The position numbers and the translations under genes are program-made. From Planctomycetota bacterium (GTDB lineage: Bacteria > Planctomycetota > Brocadiia > JAADGH01), in NCBI GenBank assembly GCA_040755855.1, contig JBFMAD010000001.1, forward strand, positions 358,466 to 422,465: a DNA stretch of 64,000 bases, given 5' to 3'. This document shows, piece after piece, positions 46,167 through 56,101 of the stretch; within the stretch, counting starts at the first letter, position 1; every line of letters begins with the position of its first letter. The notes beneath the pieces are model-generated. The model searched no databases and was not told where the DNA came from. It saw nothing but the letters and a program-made list of their open reading frames with translations.

Positions 46167-49100
46167 GTGGCGCAGTGCCGCCGAGGCGACGGCGCCGTCG
46201 TCGCGAGGGCGACCATCGCTCGCAAAAAACAAACGGACGAATTCGCCAATGTCTCGCGTCTGCGAAAAGTGGATGGGGCGAAGTCGAGCCAACTGGAACG
46301 CGCACAACGAATGGCCGACGCCGTCCAAGATGCGATGGCACATTTCGAGAGTTATCTCCGCGCCTTTCCCACAGGCCGAAAGATCCTGGCCGCTCTCCGC
46401 CGACAGCAATCCAACATCCCCATCGAGTTCCTCGACCGACATGAATGGCTGATTGACACATATCCCTTTGACGATCCACTCAACGAGGCAAAGCCTCGCA
46501 TCCGCTTTGACATTGATGCGTCCCTTCGCGCCGCCGAGCGCGCCCCTGATGGTCTTGCGCCCTTCCTGGTTATGGGCCTGCTCCATGAGTTTTGCCACCT
46601 CCTCGGGCAAGACGAGCGCGAAGCGCTGAGGCCCGTCGTGGAGTTCTACCAAGTCGTCTCGGACGAGGATCGCTCCGCGCTGAATGCGTTTCTCTCTTGT
46701 CCCGAGATTGACGCGGGGGACGTCTTTCTGAGATTCCTCCGCGAAAGCGCGGGACGGGATGACAACGAAATCGAGCGGCAGATCGCCCGCTTGCGCGCCA
46801 GGACGCAAGTGGAACTGCCCTACAACGATGCAGACGTGCGGCGGGCCCTGCAGGAGGAAACCGAGGTCGGAGCGCTGCGCCTGCGCGTATACAATGCTAT
46901 CAATGACACCTACGTGCCCGAGATTGACGCTGTCAACGCCGAGCGCATCGGCGATTGGTGCCTGGAGCGCGGCGTGCGCCTAGTCGGCGGTCGGTTCAGC
47001 CGGGCACTCTATCTCGATGCCATGCTGATGGCCAACGCCGACGTCTTGAAGGGCAGGAATCTGCAGAAAAGCGTCTCGGCTCTGGCGTCGCTCGTAAATC
47101 ATCAGACGCTGCAATTCCGATCCGCAGAGCTGCAGGGAGAATCCAATGCGTTCCTGAAAGTTGGCGGAGAGCTTCAGCTGCTTCAGAACATTACAGCTCG
47201 TGACGCGGTGTCCCAGGCCGAGGTAGAGGGGGTGATCGCCAAATTCATATCCGCCCTGCGCGAGATCGAGAGCGGCATCGTTGCTCGAATTGACAAGCTC
47301 CAGTCCGCCAAGCGCGATGAGATCGCCCGGGAGTGCGCCGGCAGGAAGCGAAGCGTGATCCTGAATGCCCTCGGGCGCGACCGGGAAGAAGTCCGGAAGA
47401 AGGTGGACGGCATCGCCTCGGCGATGGCCGATGTGGAAAGCAACCTCGCCAACGCGCCGAAGCGCGAGCCGGTCTACCTGGCCTACTTGCAGCGGCTCTT
47501 TGAGTTGGACGCCATCAACCTTGGCACGGTCAACGAGTTCGTGGATCCGTTCTTCGGCGAGGATGAGCACGTCCATCGCCTTATCCGCGAGTGCGGCCAC
47601 AACATGTACATCACATCAAACCTCAATGCATGGCTGCGCCAATGCCGGGACTGGATCGAGGCGCTTCCGGCCTACGCCAGCTACGAGATCGTCCCCAAGG
47701 AGGGCGGGGGCTACGACGTCCGCGCATGGGTCCAGCGCGCAATCCTGGAGATCATGTATCGCCGCCACGCCGCCGACTGGGCGGAGAACATCAATCGCGT
47801 GATGGACTCCGAGCACATCGCCATCGCGAGGGACATTCTCACCGAGAAGATGAAACTCGGCAGGCAGGTTGACTTGCTCATGCGAAAGTGCGACTTGTCC
47901 AAAGAAGAAGCATCTCGGGAGGTATGTAAACGCAAGGGCCTTGCACGCGAGATTGCGAACCTTGCGGCGCTGATCGAAGCCACCTACCTCGAACTCTGCC
48001 TCGATGTGGCCCAATGCCGCGAGAAGAACGACATCAGCCGCATGGAAGCGCTGCGCAGGATCATCCACGAGAATCGGACGGGCAAGAACCTTGTCGCGCC
48101 TATCCTGAAACGTTCCTCGGGCATCCCACGCGCCCTGACCATGGTCATGGCCAATCACGGCCTTCAGAGCAGAGCGGCCCACCTTCTGCCGACGGCCTTG
48201 AAGCGCCGCCGCAAACTGCCGTGTGTGCATGTGCTGACCACGCTTGGTCCAGGAGAGACGGAGTTCAACGTGGAAAACTGGCTCGAAGAATCCATGGCTC
48301 TCTACAACGTCTCAAAAGCGCACGGCCTGGAGCCGGACGTCGAGCGGCGGATTGATGATTACCAGCGGCGGCTTGCCGCCGTGGGTCGGCGCGTCGTCGA
48401 GGAGCTTGACCTTCAGGGTCAACTCTACACAATCATGGAAGAGGAAGGCCTGAACGCTAACGATGAAACGGCCCGCGCTGAGGGAGTGATCAAGCTCGTC
48501 GCCTCCTATCCCGAAGTGGCGGCGGAGGCGAGCGCACTCGCGGTCCTCATCGAACACGAGGAGAGCGCTGGCGATCGGAAGTCCGACCCGACCGACGCTG
48601 CCGAGCCGAAGTGCGTAACGAATTATCTCGCCGAACATCCCGAGGTCGAGACCAACGCGATACAAAAGGTTATCGAAAACAATGAACTTGCCGGCGACGT
48701 ACAACGCCTGGCCCGCGATGAACACATATCCGAGGATGATGCGGGACGACGAGTAATTGAGACCAATGCGACCTTTTGCGCCGAGAAGGAGAGCGTGAGA
48801 CTCTCCCTCGCCCGTTCTGCAATGGTGTCCGCTTTGAACCTCCGCGAGCAGGCGCGCAACTACATGAGCCGTTACCTCGACCGCCAGCTCGCGACGGTCG
48901 CCGTCCGCCGCCAGATTATCGCGGAGCGCGGACTGTCCAAGGAGCTCGACAACCCGCGGTTCCGCTATGAAGCCTCCGGCCCGTTCAAGAAGTTTCACCT
49001 GCTCTACACGCCGAGTCGTGTGGACCTGGGCGCAAGCGAAGTCGCCTCCGTCAAGAACGTCTCCAAGTGGGTGGGCGGTCTTGATCGCGAGGCGGCCAAT

Positions 49101-52100
49101 GCCGGCAAGGAACTATACTCACTCTACAACGTCGCCGGCGTAACGGCGGTAGAGGAGACGCGCCTCGCCGAGTTCCTGAAAGTCGGCGAGAACTTCTTCT
49201 CCCGCGGCGGCCCCTTCTACCTGTCCCTCACGGCGGGGGTGAACATTGACACGATTCGCGTCGGCGACTTTGAGTTCTTCCGCGACCAGTGGAACCTGCG
49301 CGGAGACCGGATCGTACTGCCCGCCGGCGAGACCTACGGCGGATTCTGCGTGCCCAAGGAGTTTACCCTCCTACACGCTATCATCTTTGCTGCGGTGCGG
49401 AAGGAGACATCTACCGAGATACTCAAAAACTTCGGCATCCCCGAGGAGATACACGAAACCATCATCGCCGACATGCGCCGGGCGCTCCGGATGCGGACCG
49501 ATGCGACCGACGATCTGGACTGGCAGTTAAAGGCGGCGCGTTTTCTCTCCGAGAGATACCCCGACTATTTTGCGATGACGAAGGCCCCTGCCTGCATCGC
49601 GCGGCTGCCGCAGCTTTCCGGCACATTCCAGCGAATGGGGCTGATCGCCCCCGATGCAGAAGAAGACCGAAAGGCGGAGTACCGCTTCGCCAACTGGGCG
49701 AACCGCAAGGCGCTGGGCATGGAGGAGATCAACCGCTCCGGCCCGTTCCGCAAAGTGCACCTCATCTACCGGCTCATTGACGAGGCCCGCAAGAGGAACC
49801 CGCACATCGCCCCAAACGCAAAGCTCATCGGCGCGATGAGCGCACCCTATAAAGAGGGCGAGCGCGAGGACGGGAAGGAAATTCCCATCGCCGACGTCCG
49901 CTTCAGCGCCGGATCGCGGAAGCTGGAGATCTACGCGGGAACCGCTGCGGACCATCTGCTGAAAGACGTAGATCCCGAAGGACGCGACGTCATCTCCGCC
50001 CTCCTCAAGAACTTCTCGCCGCCCGCCGACATCCGCATCGTCGGCACCTGCGCCGGCTCGGACATACTCAACCACGTCCCGAAATCCGGCCTCGAACAGA
50101 TCAAGGATGACGTCCTCGCAAAACTGATGGCCGCGGGGCTGGATGAGAACATGATCGCCGCCAACTGTCGTGTGTATGGGGGAGACCTCGAAGAATGGGC
50201 GGGCATCAAGGAAATGCCGGAAAAGAAGCGGCGCAATCTCATCGCTGAAATTGGCGGAAAGATTCACCTGCTGGTGGTTGACAAACGGGGCACATATCAG
50301 TCTTACGACGACGCGGTGCAGGGGGTTGATTTCGTTGACCTCGGCATCCCTGATCCCGGGCTGCTCGACCTGGTGGATAACCTGCCCAAACTCCTCTACC
50401 TCATGCGGAGAGGCAGGCCGAACAGCGCGCTCGTTCTTGCCGACGGCACATCGGGAGGACGGCGGCGGAGCTTCTCGTATCGCTATGCGTCGTCGAAGCG
50501 AAAGGTGAAGGAACTCTTCGCCCTCGACGATCGTGTGCAGTACGGCGCGCTCGGACTGGGCAGCGACACCATTGCGGCCTGGCGAGAGGAAGCGCTTGCG
50601 GACATGGCGCTGGCGCGACAACTCTACGACGACGTCGTGGACGGCCGGGTTAAGGACGCGGAGGAGACCCACCGACGCATCGCAGACCGTCTGCGCCGCG
50701 ATGATCGCGCCCTGGAGGCTGCCCGCGAGGAAATCAATGCTCGCCGCATGAAGACGTTGAGACCTGACTATCGGTACGTCTCCGCCGCCGCGGCCAATGT
50801 GTCCAACGGCATGCCGTTTTTACGGCTGGATTTTGGTACTTGGCTGCTGTTGGGCGGCATGTATGTCCTGAATGGCAGGCTGAGCGCCGAATCTATCGCA
50901 CGTCGTAAAGCCGAGTTTGAGGGGGCGATGAAGAAGATCGCAGGGAGGAAATACCGGCCGGCGTTCAACGACAGGGATGCGGATGCCATCCTTGGCGCGT
51001 TCGTTCGACCTGTCTACACGCCGCCTGCGGAGGAGACATTCCGGGAGGTGGAGGCCGCCATCGGCGGCTCCCTGAAGGCGACGGAGGAAAAGGTGTCCCG
51101 CCTGGAGAAGCGCGAGGCGCGGCGCCGGCAGGCGCTGCGGATAGGGCAGCTCCGGCTGCGCAAAAAGGAGTTTGAATCCGCCGAGCCGGAAGCGACACGC
51201 ACCGGCGAGGCAATGGGCTTTGACGGCCTGTATGCCAAGGCCAAGTCCGCCCTCGGCGATGGGACCTCAGATGTCACTCAACCAGCCTTCGGCGCATTCC
51301 AGGCATGGGCAAGGGCCGCGAGCGCGGCGCTGTTGAGGATTGTGACGCCGAGACGCGACGGCAAAGACGTAACCCAGCGCTTCTCGGATTTCTTCAGCGG
51401 CGGCGAGATCAGTGACGAGGCCTATGCCGACCTCTGCGCCGACATCGCACGTCTTGCCGAAGCCGCAAACGGTGATACAAAATTAATCGAGAAGACGGCA
51501 AGAACTGCCGAACTCATGGACATCGCCTTTGTCCTGGAGAAAACCATCGGCATGGACGACGCCGGGGCGATGATGATCGAGATCGCCCGGTTCTTCGACG
51601 CCACCCTCAACAACCATGTGTTCGACTATCCGCCGTATCATTACCACAAACATCGAGGCGTGGGCTATGAGTCGTTCACTCGCCAGGAGATATTTGCTCT
51701 CTGCGCAAAGACCCACCGGTGGCTCTACACCTACATCCGGTCGCTGATGGTCAATGCGACGGTCCTTCGCGATCGAGGGGTGCAATATCAGGACGCCTGG
51801 CTGGGAGACGCCGACCGCGATATCCTGCCCCTCGGCGTGCATGTGGACGACCCCGCGCAGCGATTTTGGTTCAGCTACGTTCGACTGCGCGACGCCTCGG
51901 TGCTCTGGCACGAGAACTTCCCTATGCCGGAGATTTTCATCGGTCTGGACCCGAATGTGATTAAGGCCAAAGAGCGGACAAATGTCGTGATCGTCTATCC
52001 TCACGGCAACACAACGGTACCCGTAGCTCTCGAACAAGGCGCCAAACTTGCCGCCGGCGAAAACATGAATCTAATGTTGACCGCATTCCCATCCATGGTG

Positions 52101-53699
52101 AACGATGCGCGATTCGGCCGCGAGACATTGCATCTGTACGATGCGTTCATGTACATCGGTGCGGAAGACTATCGCGCCGCGCTCGTGGCATCGAATGTGC
52201 CGAAGGCCGAAGCAGCCGTGAGGGCCAGGAGCGTCGGCGGCAACGGCGTCCTGATCCAGGCGGAATTTTCCCGACCGGTTGTTGCCCATGCGATCTTCTT
52301 CCACTTCACCCATCCCATGCGCCCGGAGATCGGCCGATTAGGCGTGCCCCTGATTCAACCTATCATTTGGGAAGCCGCGACGCACCTCAAGTGCCGACTG
52401 CCCGACATGCTAAAGGGCAGCGGCATCCGCACGGCCGACCAGATCAACTGGTTCCAGTCGGACTCCGCCGGACAAAGCGAGGCCGACGCCAAGCGGGAGA
52501 TCCGAAGGCGCCTCACCGAGTTCTCCAAAATTGCGCCGACGATCATCGTCAAACCGGAAAAGGAATCGGGAGGCCGGCGCGCCAGGATTCTTCCAGTGCG
52601 CCGCGATGGCAGGTTGTTGACGGAAAACATTGACGATCTTGCCGACCTGATCCAGGAAATCTCGCAGACCGACAACGCCGCAATACAGAACGTCATAAGG
52701 TCCCGTGTACGACAGCTTTACACACGCGAATTTTTAGAGGACATGGTGGACCGATTCGCCAGGATCGGCGCGTCGGTGCTCCTGGATCGCAATCCTCTGA
52801 CGCCGTTGTTTTCGTATTTTCGACAGGTCCTCGTGCTGGGGAAGAACGGTTACGAGGTGTCGCACAACATCACCGTTATCAGCACGGCCGGCATCGCAAA
52901 TGTCGGGCAGGGAGGGCTGCTCTACGAATATACCGACGAGATCATCAACCGGAAGTACCGCGAGGACCTGCGACGCGAAATCCGCAAGGCCGCGTTCAAC
53001 TCGATGGAGTCGCAGCGCAAGTACGTCAAGGAGAACTGGCGCATGGTCCTCGAAGAATACCTCGCTATCCATCCCGAGTACCGCGACCGCGTCGAGATGA
53101 GATTCGGGAAGGACCTGACCGGGTTTGACGACCGCGACATCCCCTACGAGATGGGCGACTACATGCCGCAGTTCCTCGTTGACGAGAGCGACAACCTGGT
53201 GCAGATCTACGACGAGGATGCGGAACTGTTCCTGCCGCTTTTCGATGAGCAAGGGAGGCCGACGGACGCAGAGGTTTATGATTCGAAACGGAAGCCCATC
53301 CCGCGCGTAGGGGCTGATGGCCAACCGATCCCGATCCCGATGTTCGACGAGGGCGGAAATCGCATCCAGCGATACGACCGCAAGAAACGTCCTATCAGCA
53401 CGCTGGTCTGCCTGAAGATCGAACCCAATCCCGGCGCCGGCTTGTGGCGGCCGCATAACGATCAACTGCCGCCCGAGCGGAAGGGGGAGGGGGTTTATAC
53501 CATATTCAAGTGCCTCGGCGAGCGAGGCGATATCTATCGGGACAAGCTGAACGCCATGGCCCAGATGGCCGCCTCCGCGCCGCAGAAAAAGCCGTCAACA
53601 TACCTTGCGGGATTGGCCCTGTCGGACGCCGAGCCGACCATAAATGATGCGATAGATGATGCAATCGCAAAAGCGAAAGAGGACCTTGGGCGCAGATGA
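46167..53699 (+). CDS. giant (~2,500 aa) multidomain protein: HExxH module + expanded NDP-sugar dehydrogenase-like region + C-terminal ATP-grasp domain
   Basis: Uninterrupted ORF 46095-53699; likely GTG46167 after GAGGAG. Motifs HEFCH, TTLGPGETE, YTPSRVDLG..KWVGG, AEFLKVGEN, GGFCVPKE, PYK..DVRFS, IVKPEKESGG, ANVGQGG, IEPNPG. Confidence 0.72.
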   Translation: MAQCRRGDGAVVARATIARKKQTDEFANVSRLRKVDGAKSSQLERAQRMADAVQDAMAHFESYLRAFPTGRKILAALRRQQSNIPIEFLDRHEWLIDTYPFDDPLNEAKPRIRFDIDASLRAAERAPDGLAPFLVMGLLHEFCHLLGQDEREALRPVVEFYQVVSDEDRSALNAFLSCPEIDAGDVFLRFLRESAGRDDNEIERQIARLRARTQVELPYNDADVRRALQEETEVGALRLRVYNAINDTYVPEIDAVNAERIGDWCLERGVRLVGGRFSRALYLDAMLMANADVLKGRNLQKSVSALASLVNHQTLQFRSAELQGESNAFLKVGGELQLLQNITARDAVSQAEVEGVIAKFISALREIESGIVARIDKLQSAKRDEIARECAGRKRSVILNALGRDREEVRKKVDGIASAMADVESNLANAPKREPVYLAYLQRLFELDAINLGTVNEFVDPFFGEDEHVHRLIRECGHNMYITSNLNAWLRQCRDWIEALPAYASYEIVPKEGGGYDVRAWVQRAILEIMYRRHAADWAENINRVMDSEHIAIARDILTEKMKLGRQVDLLMRKCDLSKEEASREVCKRKGLAREIANLAALIEATYLELCLDVAQCREKNDISRMEALRRIIHENRTGKNLVAPILKRSSGIPRALTMVMANHGLQSRAAHLLPTALKRRRKLPCVHVLTTLGPGETEFNVENWLEESMALYNVSKAHGLEPDVERRIDDYQRRLAAVGRRVVEELDLQGQLYTIMEEEGLNANDETARAEGVIKLVASYPEVAAEASALAVLIEHEESAGDRKSDPTDAAEPKCVTNYLAEHPEVETNAIQKVIENNELAGDVQRLARDEHISEDDAGRRVIETNATFCAEKESVRLSLARSAMVSALNLREQARNYMSRYLDRQLATVAVRRQIIAERGLSKELDNPRFRYEASGPFKKFHLLYTPSRVDLGASEVASVKNVSKWVGGLDREAANAGKELYSLYNVAGVTAVEETRLAEFLKVGENFFSRGGPFYLSLTAGVNIDTIRVGDFEFFRDQWNLRGDRIVLPAGETYGGFCVPKEFTLLHAIIFAAVRKETSTEILKNFGIPEEIHETIIADMRRALRMRTDATDDLDWQLKAARFLSERYPDYFAMTKAPACIARLPQLSGTFQRMGLIAPDAEEDRKAEYRFANWANRKALGMEEINRSGPFRKVHLIYRLIDEARKRNPHIAPNAKLIGAMSAPYKEGEREDGKEIPIADVRFSAGSRKLEIYAGTAADHLLKDVDPEGRDVISALLKNFSPPADIRIVGTCAGSDILNHVPKSGLEQIKDDVLAKLMAAGLDENMIAANCRVYGGDLEEWAGIKEMPEKKRRNLIAEIGGKIHLLVVDKRGTYQSYDDAVQGVDFVDLGIPDPGLLDLVDNLPKLLYLMRRGRPNSALVLADGTSGGRRRSFSYRYASSKRKVKELFALDDRVQYGALGLGSDTIAAWREEALADMALARQLYDDVVDGRVKDAEETHRRIADRLRRDDRALEAAREEINARRMKTLRPDYRYVSAAAANVSNGMPFLRLDFGTWLLLGGMYVLNGRLSAESIARRKAEFEGAMKKIAGRKYRPAFNDRDADAILGAFVRPVYTPPAEETFREVEAAIGGSLKATEEKVSRLEKREARRRQALRIGQLRLRKKEFESAEPEATRTGEAMGFDGLYAKAKSALGDGTSDVTQPAFGAFQAWARAASAALLRIVTPRRDGKDVTQRFSDFFSGGEISDEAYADLCADIARLAEAANGDTKLIEKTARTAELMDIAFVLEKTIGMDDAGAMMIEIARFFDATLNNHVFDYPPYHYHKHRGVGYESFTRQEIFALCAKTHRWLYTYIRSLMVNATVLRDRGVQYQDAWLGDADRDILPLGVHVDDPAQRFWFSYVRLRDASVLWHENFPMPEIFIGLDPNVIKAKERTNVVIVYPHGNTTVPVALEQGAKLAAGENMNLMLTAFPSMVNDARFGRETLHLYDAFMYIGAEDYRAALVASNVPKAEAAVRARSVGGNGVLIQAEFSRPVVAHAIFFHFTHPMRPEIGRLGVPLIQPIIWEAATHLKCRLPDMLKGSGIRTADQINWFQSDSAGQSEADAKREIRRRLTEFSKIAPTIIVKPEKESGGRRARILPVRRDGRLLTENIDDLADLIQEISQTDNAAIQNVIRSRVRQLYTREFLEDMVDRFARIGASVLLDRNPLTPLFSYFRQVLVLGKNGYEVSHNITVISTAGIANVGQGGLLYEYTDEIINRKYREDLRREIRKAAFNSMESQRKYVKENWRMVLEEYLAIHPEYRDRVEMRFGKDLTGFDDRDIPYEMGDYMPQFLVDESDNLVQIYDEDAELFLPLFDEQGRPTDAEVYDSKRKPIPRVGADGQPIPIPMFDEGGNRIQRYDRKKRPISTLVCLKIEPNPGAGLWRPHNDQLPPERKGEGVYTIFKCLGERGDIYRDKLNAMAQMAASAPQKKPSTYLAGLALSDAEPTINDAIDDAIAKAKEDLGRR

Positions 53700-55209
53700 G
53701 GCGAAACGCTTTCGCGCCGACGAGGTAAGCGTAGCGCTCCAGCACTACCTCGCATCGTCGCCCCTCACCCAAGCCGGCGTCCGGGCCCTCAAGGACAAAC
53801 TGCCGACCAGCCGGGGTGTTGATCTGGATGCGATGATCTCCGATCCGGAATACATGGGGCGCGTGATGGAAATCGTCGAGGAGCGAAGGCGCTGCGGGGA
53901 GGACGCGCCGACGCTGCTGATCGTTCCACAACCGGTTTCTCCGACCCACATCCCGCACAGCGACTTCCACCTCGCGCTAATTTTCTCCGCGGAGGCGATT
54001 CTTTTTCAGGATACGATCCAACTCATGCAGTTGGACGCAACTCGCTGGGCGGAGCGCCGTGGGCGCCCCGAATTCGCCATCATCGGTGTCCGGCTTGACT
54101 GGTTCACGACCGATGGTCGCGCAACTCGCGCCCTCGTCACAGACACAGACGGCCGGGTAAAAGATTTCATTTTATCGGAACCTGTCTCGTTCGATGCCGC
54201 GATGACGCTCCACCTGCGCCGTCAAGACGAAAGGGCTGAACACAGGCAAATTTCCGCATGGTGCAGGAAGCACGTCGTTCCCGATTTGAATCCCTTCCCC
54301 TCCGCCGCCAGAGCGGACGACAAGGCGAGAACGCATCGCCTCTGGCGCAGCAAGGCCGAGGCGCTTGGCGCGCCCGCGTTCTGTCTCATCAAACGCGGGA
54401 TGGCTGCCAATGAGATAAAGCGAAGGGTCGTCTCCTTCGTGAGGGCGGCCCGATGCGACGGACGCTGCGGCGTCTTCATCCAGCCCAACACCGGCACGGA
54501 GGGAGACTCTGTGTCCTGCCTGCCCATCGGGTGGGATAGCGATGCCGATAATATTTTCGCAAAAGTAAATAACCTTCTGCGCACCGATGATGCGCTTCTG
54601 AGAGAGGAGCGGGGCAACGTTCGATTCCGATGTCCAAAGGAACCCGACAAGGGCCTGCGGCGCATTGCGCTCCGCATAAATGCGGCATGGAACGGGATTG
54701 CGTTCGTCGCGGACTCGGGATACGCACAGGTCGCACCCGATGAAGACGCTCCCGTCGCGTCACGAGGCCGGGGCGGGAGCATCATAGACATCAACCATGC
54801 CTTGTCGAACCTTCATTTTCACAGTGCAGAACGATGGGCGCGCATCCTTCCTTCGCCGGCCGATGTCGAAAATATCAAGAGGGCCGCATGTGACGCGGCG
54901 ACGGCGCTTAACACCGGTCTGAGTGAAAAAGAAATGCTCCGACTGCTGGGCATAGACATCCTGCTGGAAACACACGGCAATGGCCGCGGCGCAACGCTCC
55001 ATCCCATCCTCCTTGAGGCGAACCCCCGGCCCGCCGGCCTGTCGCACGCAAGGGAGATTCGCGGCATATCAACTGGCGCAACCGCACAGACCATCTCGCT
55101 TCACCTATTCGAGGGCCTTGGCTCACTGCTGTCGCGAAGGCGAAAAAGTCTTGAAAATCGCCGCGCTCGCCGTAAGAATACAGCCGGTGCACTTGACATC
55201 CGGCGCTGA
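53686..55209 (+). CDS. ATP-grasp fold protein (RimK/YheCD-like, divergent)
   Basis: NP...ADDKARTH, FIQPNTGTEG, LRIN, SRGRGG, LGIDILL, LEANPRPAG. Start uncertain (TTG53686 overlaps the upstream stop). Confidence 0.68.
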   Translation: MGADEAKRFRADEVSVALQHYLASSPLTQAGVRALKDKLPTSRGVDLDAMISDPEYMGRVMEIVEERRRCGEDAPTLLIVPQPVSPTHIPHSDFHLALIFSAEAILFQDTIQLMQLDATRWAERRGRPEFAIIGVRLDWFTTDGRATRALVTDTDGRVKDFILSEPVSFDAAMTLHLRRQDERAEHRQISAWCRKHVVPDLNPFPSAARADDKARTHRLWRSKAEALGAPAFCLIKRGMAANEIKRRVVSFVRAARCDGRCGVFIQPNTGTEGDSVSCLPIGWDSDADNIFAKVNNLLRTDDALLREERGNVRFRCPKEPDKGLRRIALRINAAWNGIAFVADSGYAQVAPDEDAPVASRGRGGSIIDINHALSNLHFHSAERWARILPSPADVENIKRAACDAATALNTGLSEKEMLRLLGIDILLETHGNGRGATLHPILLEANPRPAGLSHAREIRGISTGATAQTISLHLFEGLGSLLSRRRKSLENRRARRKNTAGALDIRR

Positions 55210-55232
55210 CTATTGTTTGAACGGAGGAAGCC

Positions 55233-56099
55233 ATGCTGCGAATCGGTATGATCGGCTCGGAGAACTCTCACTCTAAGGCCGTGTCGAAGCTTATCAATGT
55301 GGAGGGCGCGATCCAGGACGTAAAGGTCGTCTCCGTCTGGGGCGAGACAGACGCCTTCGCCAAGGAGACCGCCGAGGCGGGCCAGATTCCGCGGATCGTG
55401 AAGGAGCCGACCGATATGATCGGCGAGGTGGACGGCGTCATGATTGACCACCGCCACGGCAAGTACCACCTGCCTGTTGCGACGGAGTTCGTCAAGGCCG
55501 GCATCCCCGTGTTCGTGGACAAGCCGCTCTGCTGCTCGCTCGCCGAAGGAAAAAAGTACCTGAAGCTCGCCAAGTCGAAGGGCGTGCCGACCACATCGTT
55601 CAGCTCTATTCCGACGCAGAGTGCCTTCCGCGCATTTCAGGCGGAAGCGGCCTCGTTCAAGCAGATTGTGGCCGGGGCCTCCGCCGGGCCATGTGACCTG
55701 AAGTCGGAGTACGGCGGGGTATTTTTCTACGGTATCCATCAGGTTGATGCGCTGATCGAATTGTTCGGCATGGAGGTAACGCACGTCGAACTCAAGGAAA
55801 ACGCGCCCCAGGGCCTCGGCGTTCTGTATTACAAGGACGGCAGGATGGCGACCATGCACTGTCTGAAGGGCGGCGCGCACACCTTCCAGTTCATGGCCCA
55901 CGGCGAAAAGATTCTCCAGATCGCCCTGACACAACGAGACCAGAGCCCGTATCTCACCAGCACGCAGATGTGGATCGAGATGATGAAGACCGGCAAGGAG
56001 CCGATTGAACATCGGCGCATGTTGGCGCCGGTGGCCGTGCTCGAGGCCCTGCAGAAGGCGCTGGACACGGGCAAGAAGGTCAAGGTCGCGGCGTTCTGA
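55233..56099 (+). CDS. Gfo/Idh/MocA-family oxidoreductase
   Basis: RIGMIG..NSH, VDGVMI, AGIPVFVDKPL, FYGIH. Confidence 0.82.
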   Translation: MLRIGMIGSENSHSKAVSKLINVEGAIQDVKVVSVWGETDAFAKETAEAGQIPRIVKEPTDMIGEVDGVMIDHRHGKYHLPVATEFVKAGIPVFVDKPLCCSLAEGKKYLKLAKSKGVPTTSFSSIPTQSAFRAFQAEAASFKQIVAGASAGPCDLKSEYGGVFFYGIHQVDALIELFGMEVTHVELKENAPQGLGVLYYKDGRMATMHCLKGGAHTFQFMAHGEKILQIALTQRDQSPYLTSTQMWIEMMKTGKEPIEHRRMLAPVAVLEALQKALDTGKKVKVAAF

Positions 56100-56101
56100 T
56101 C

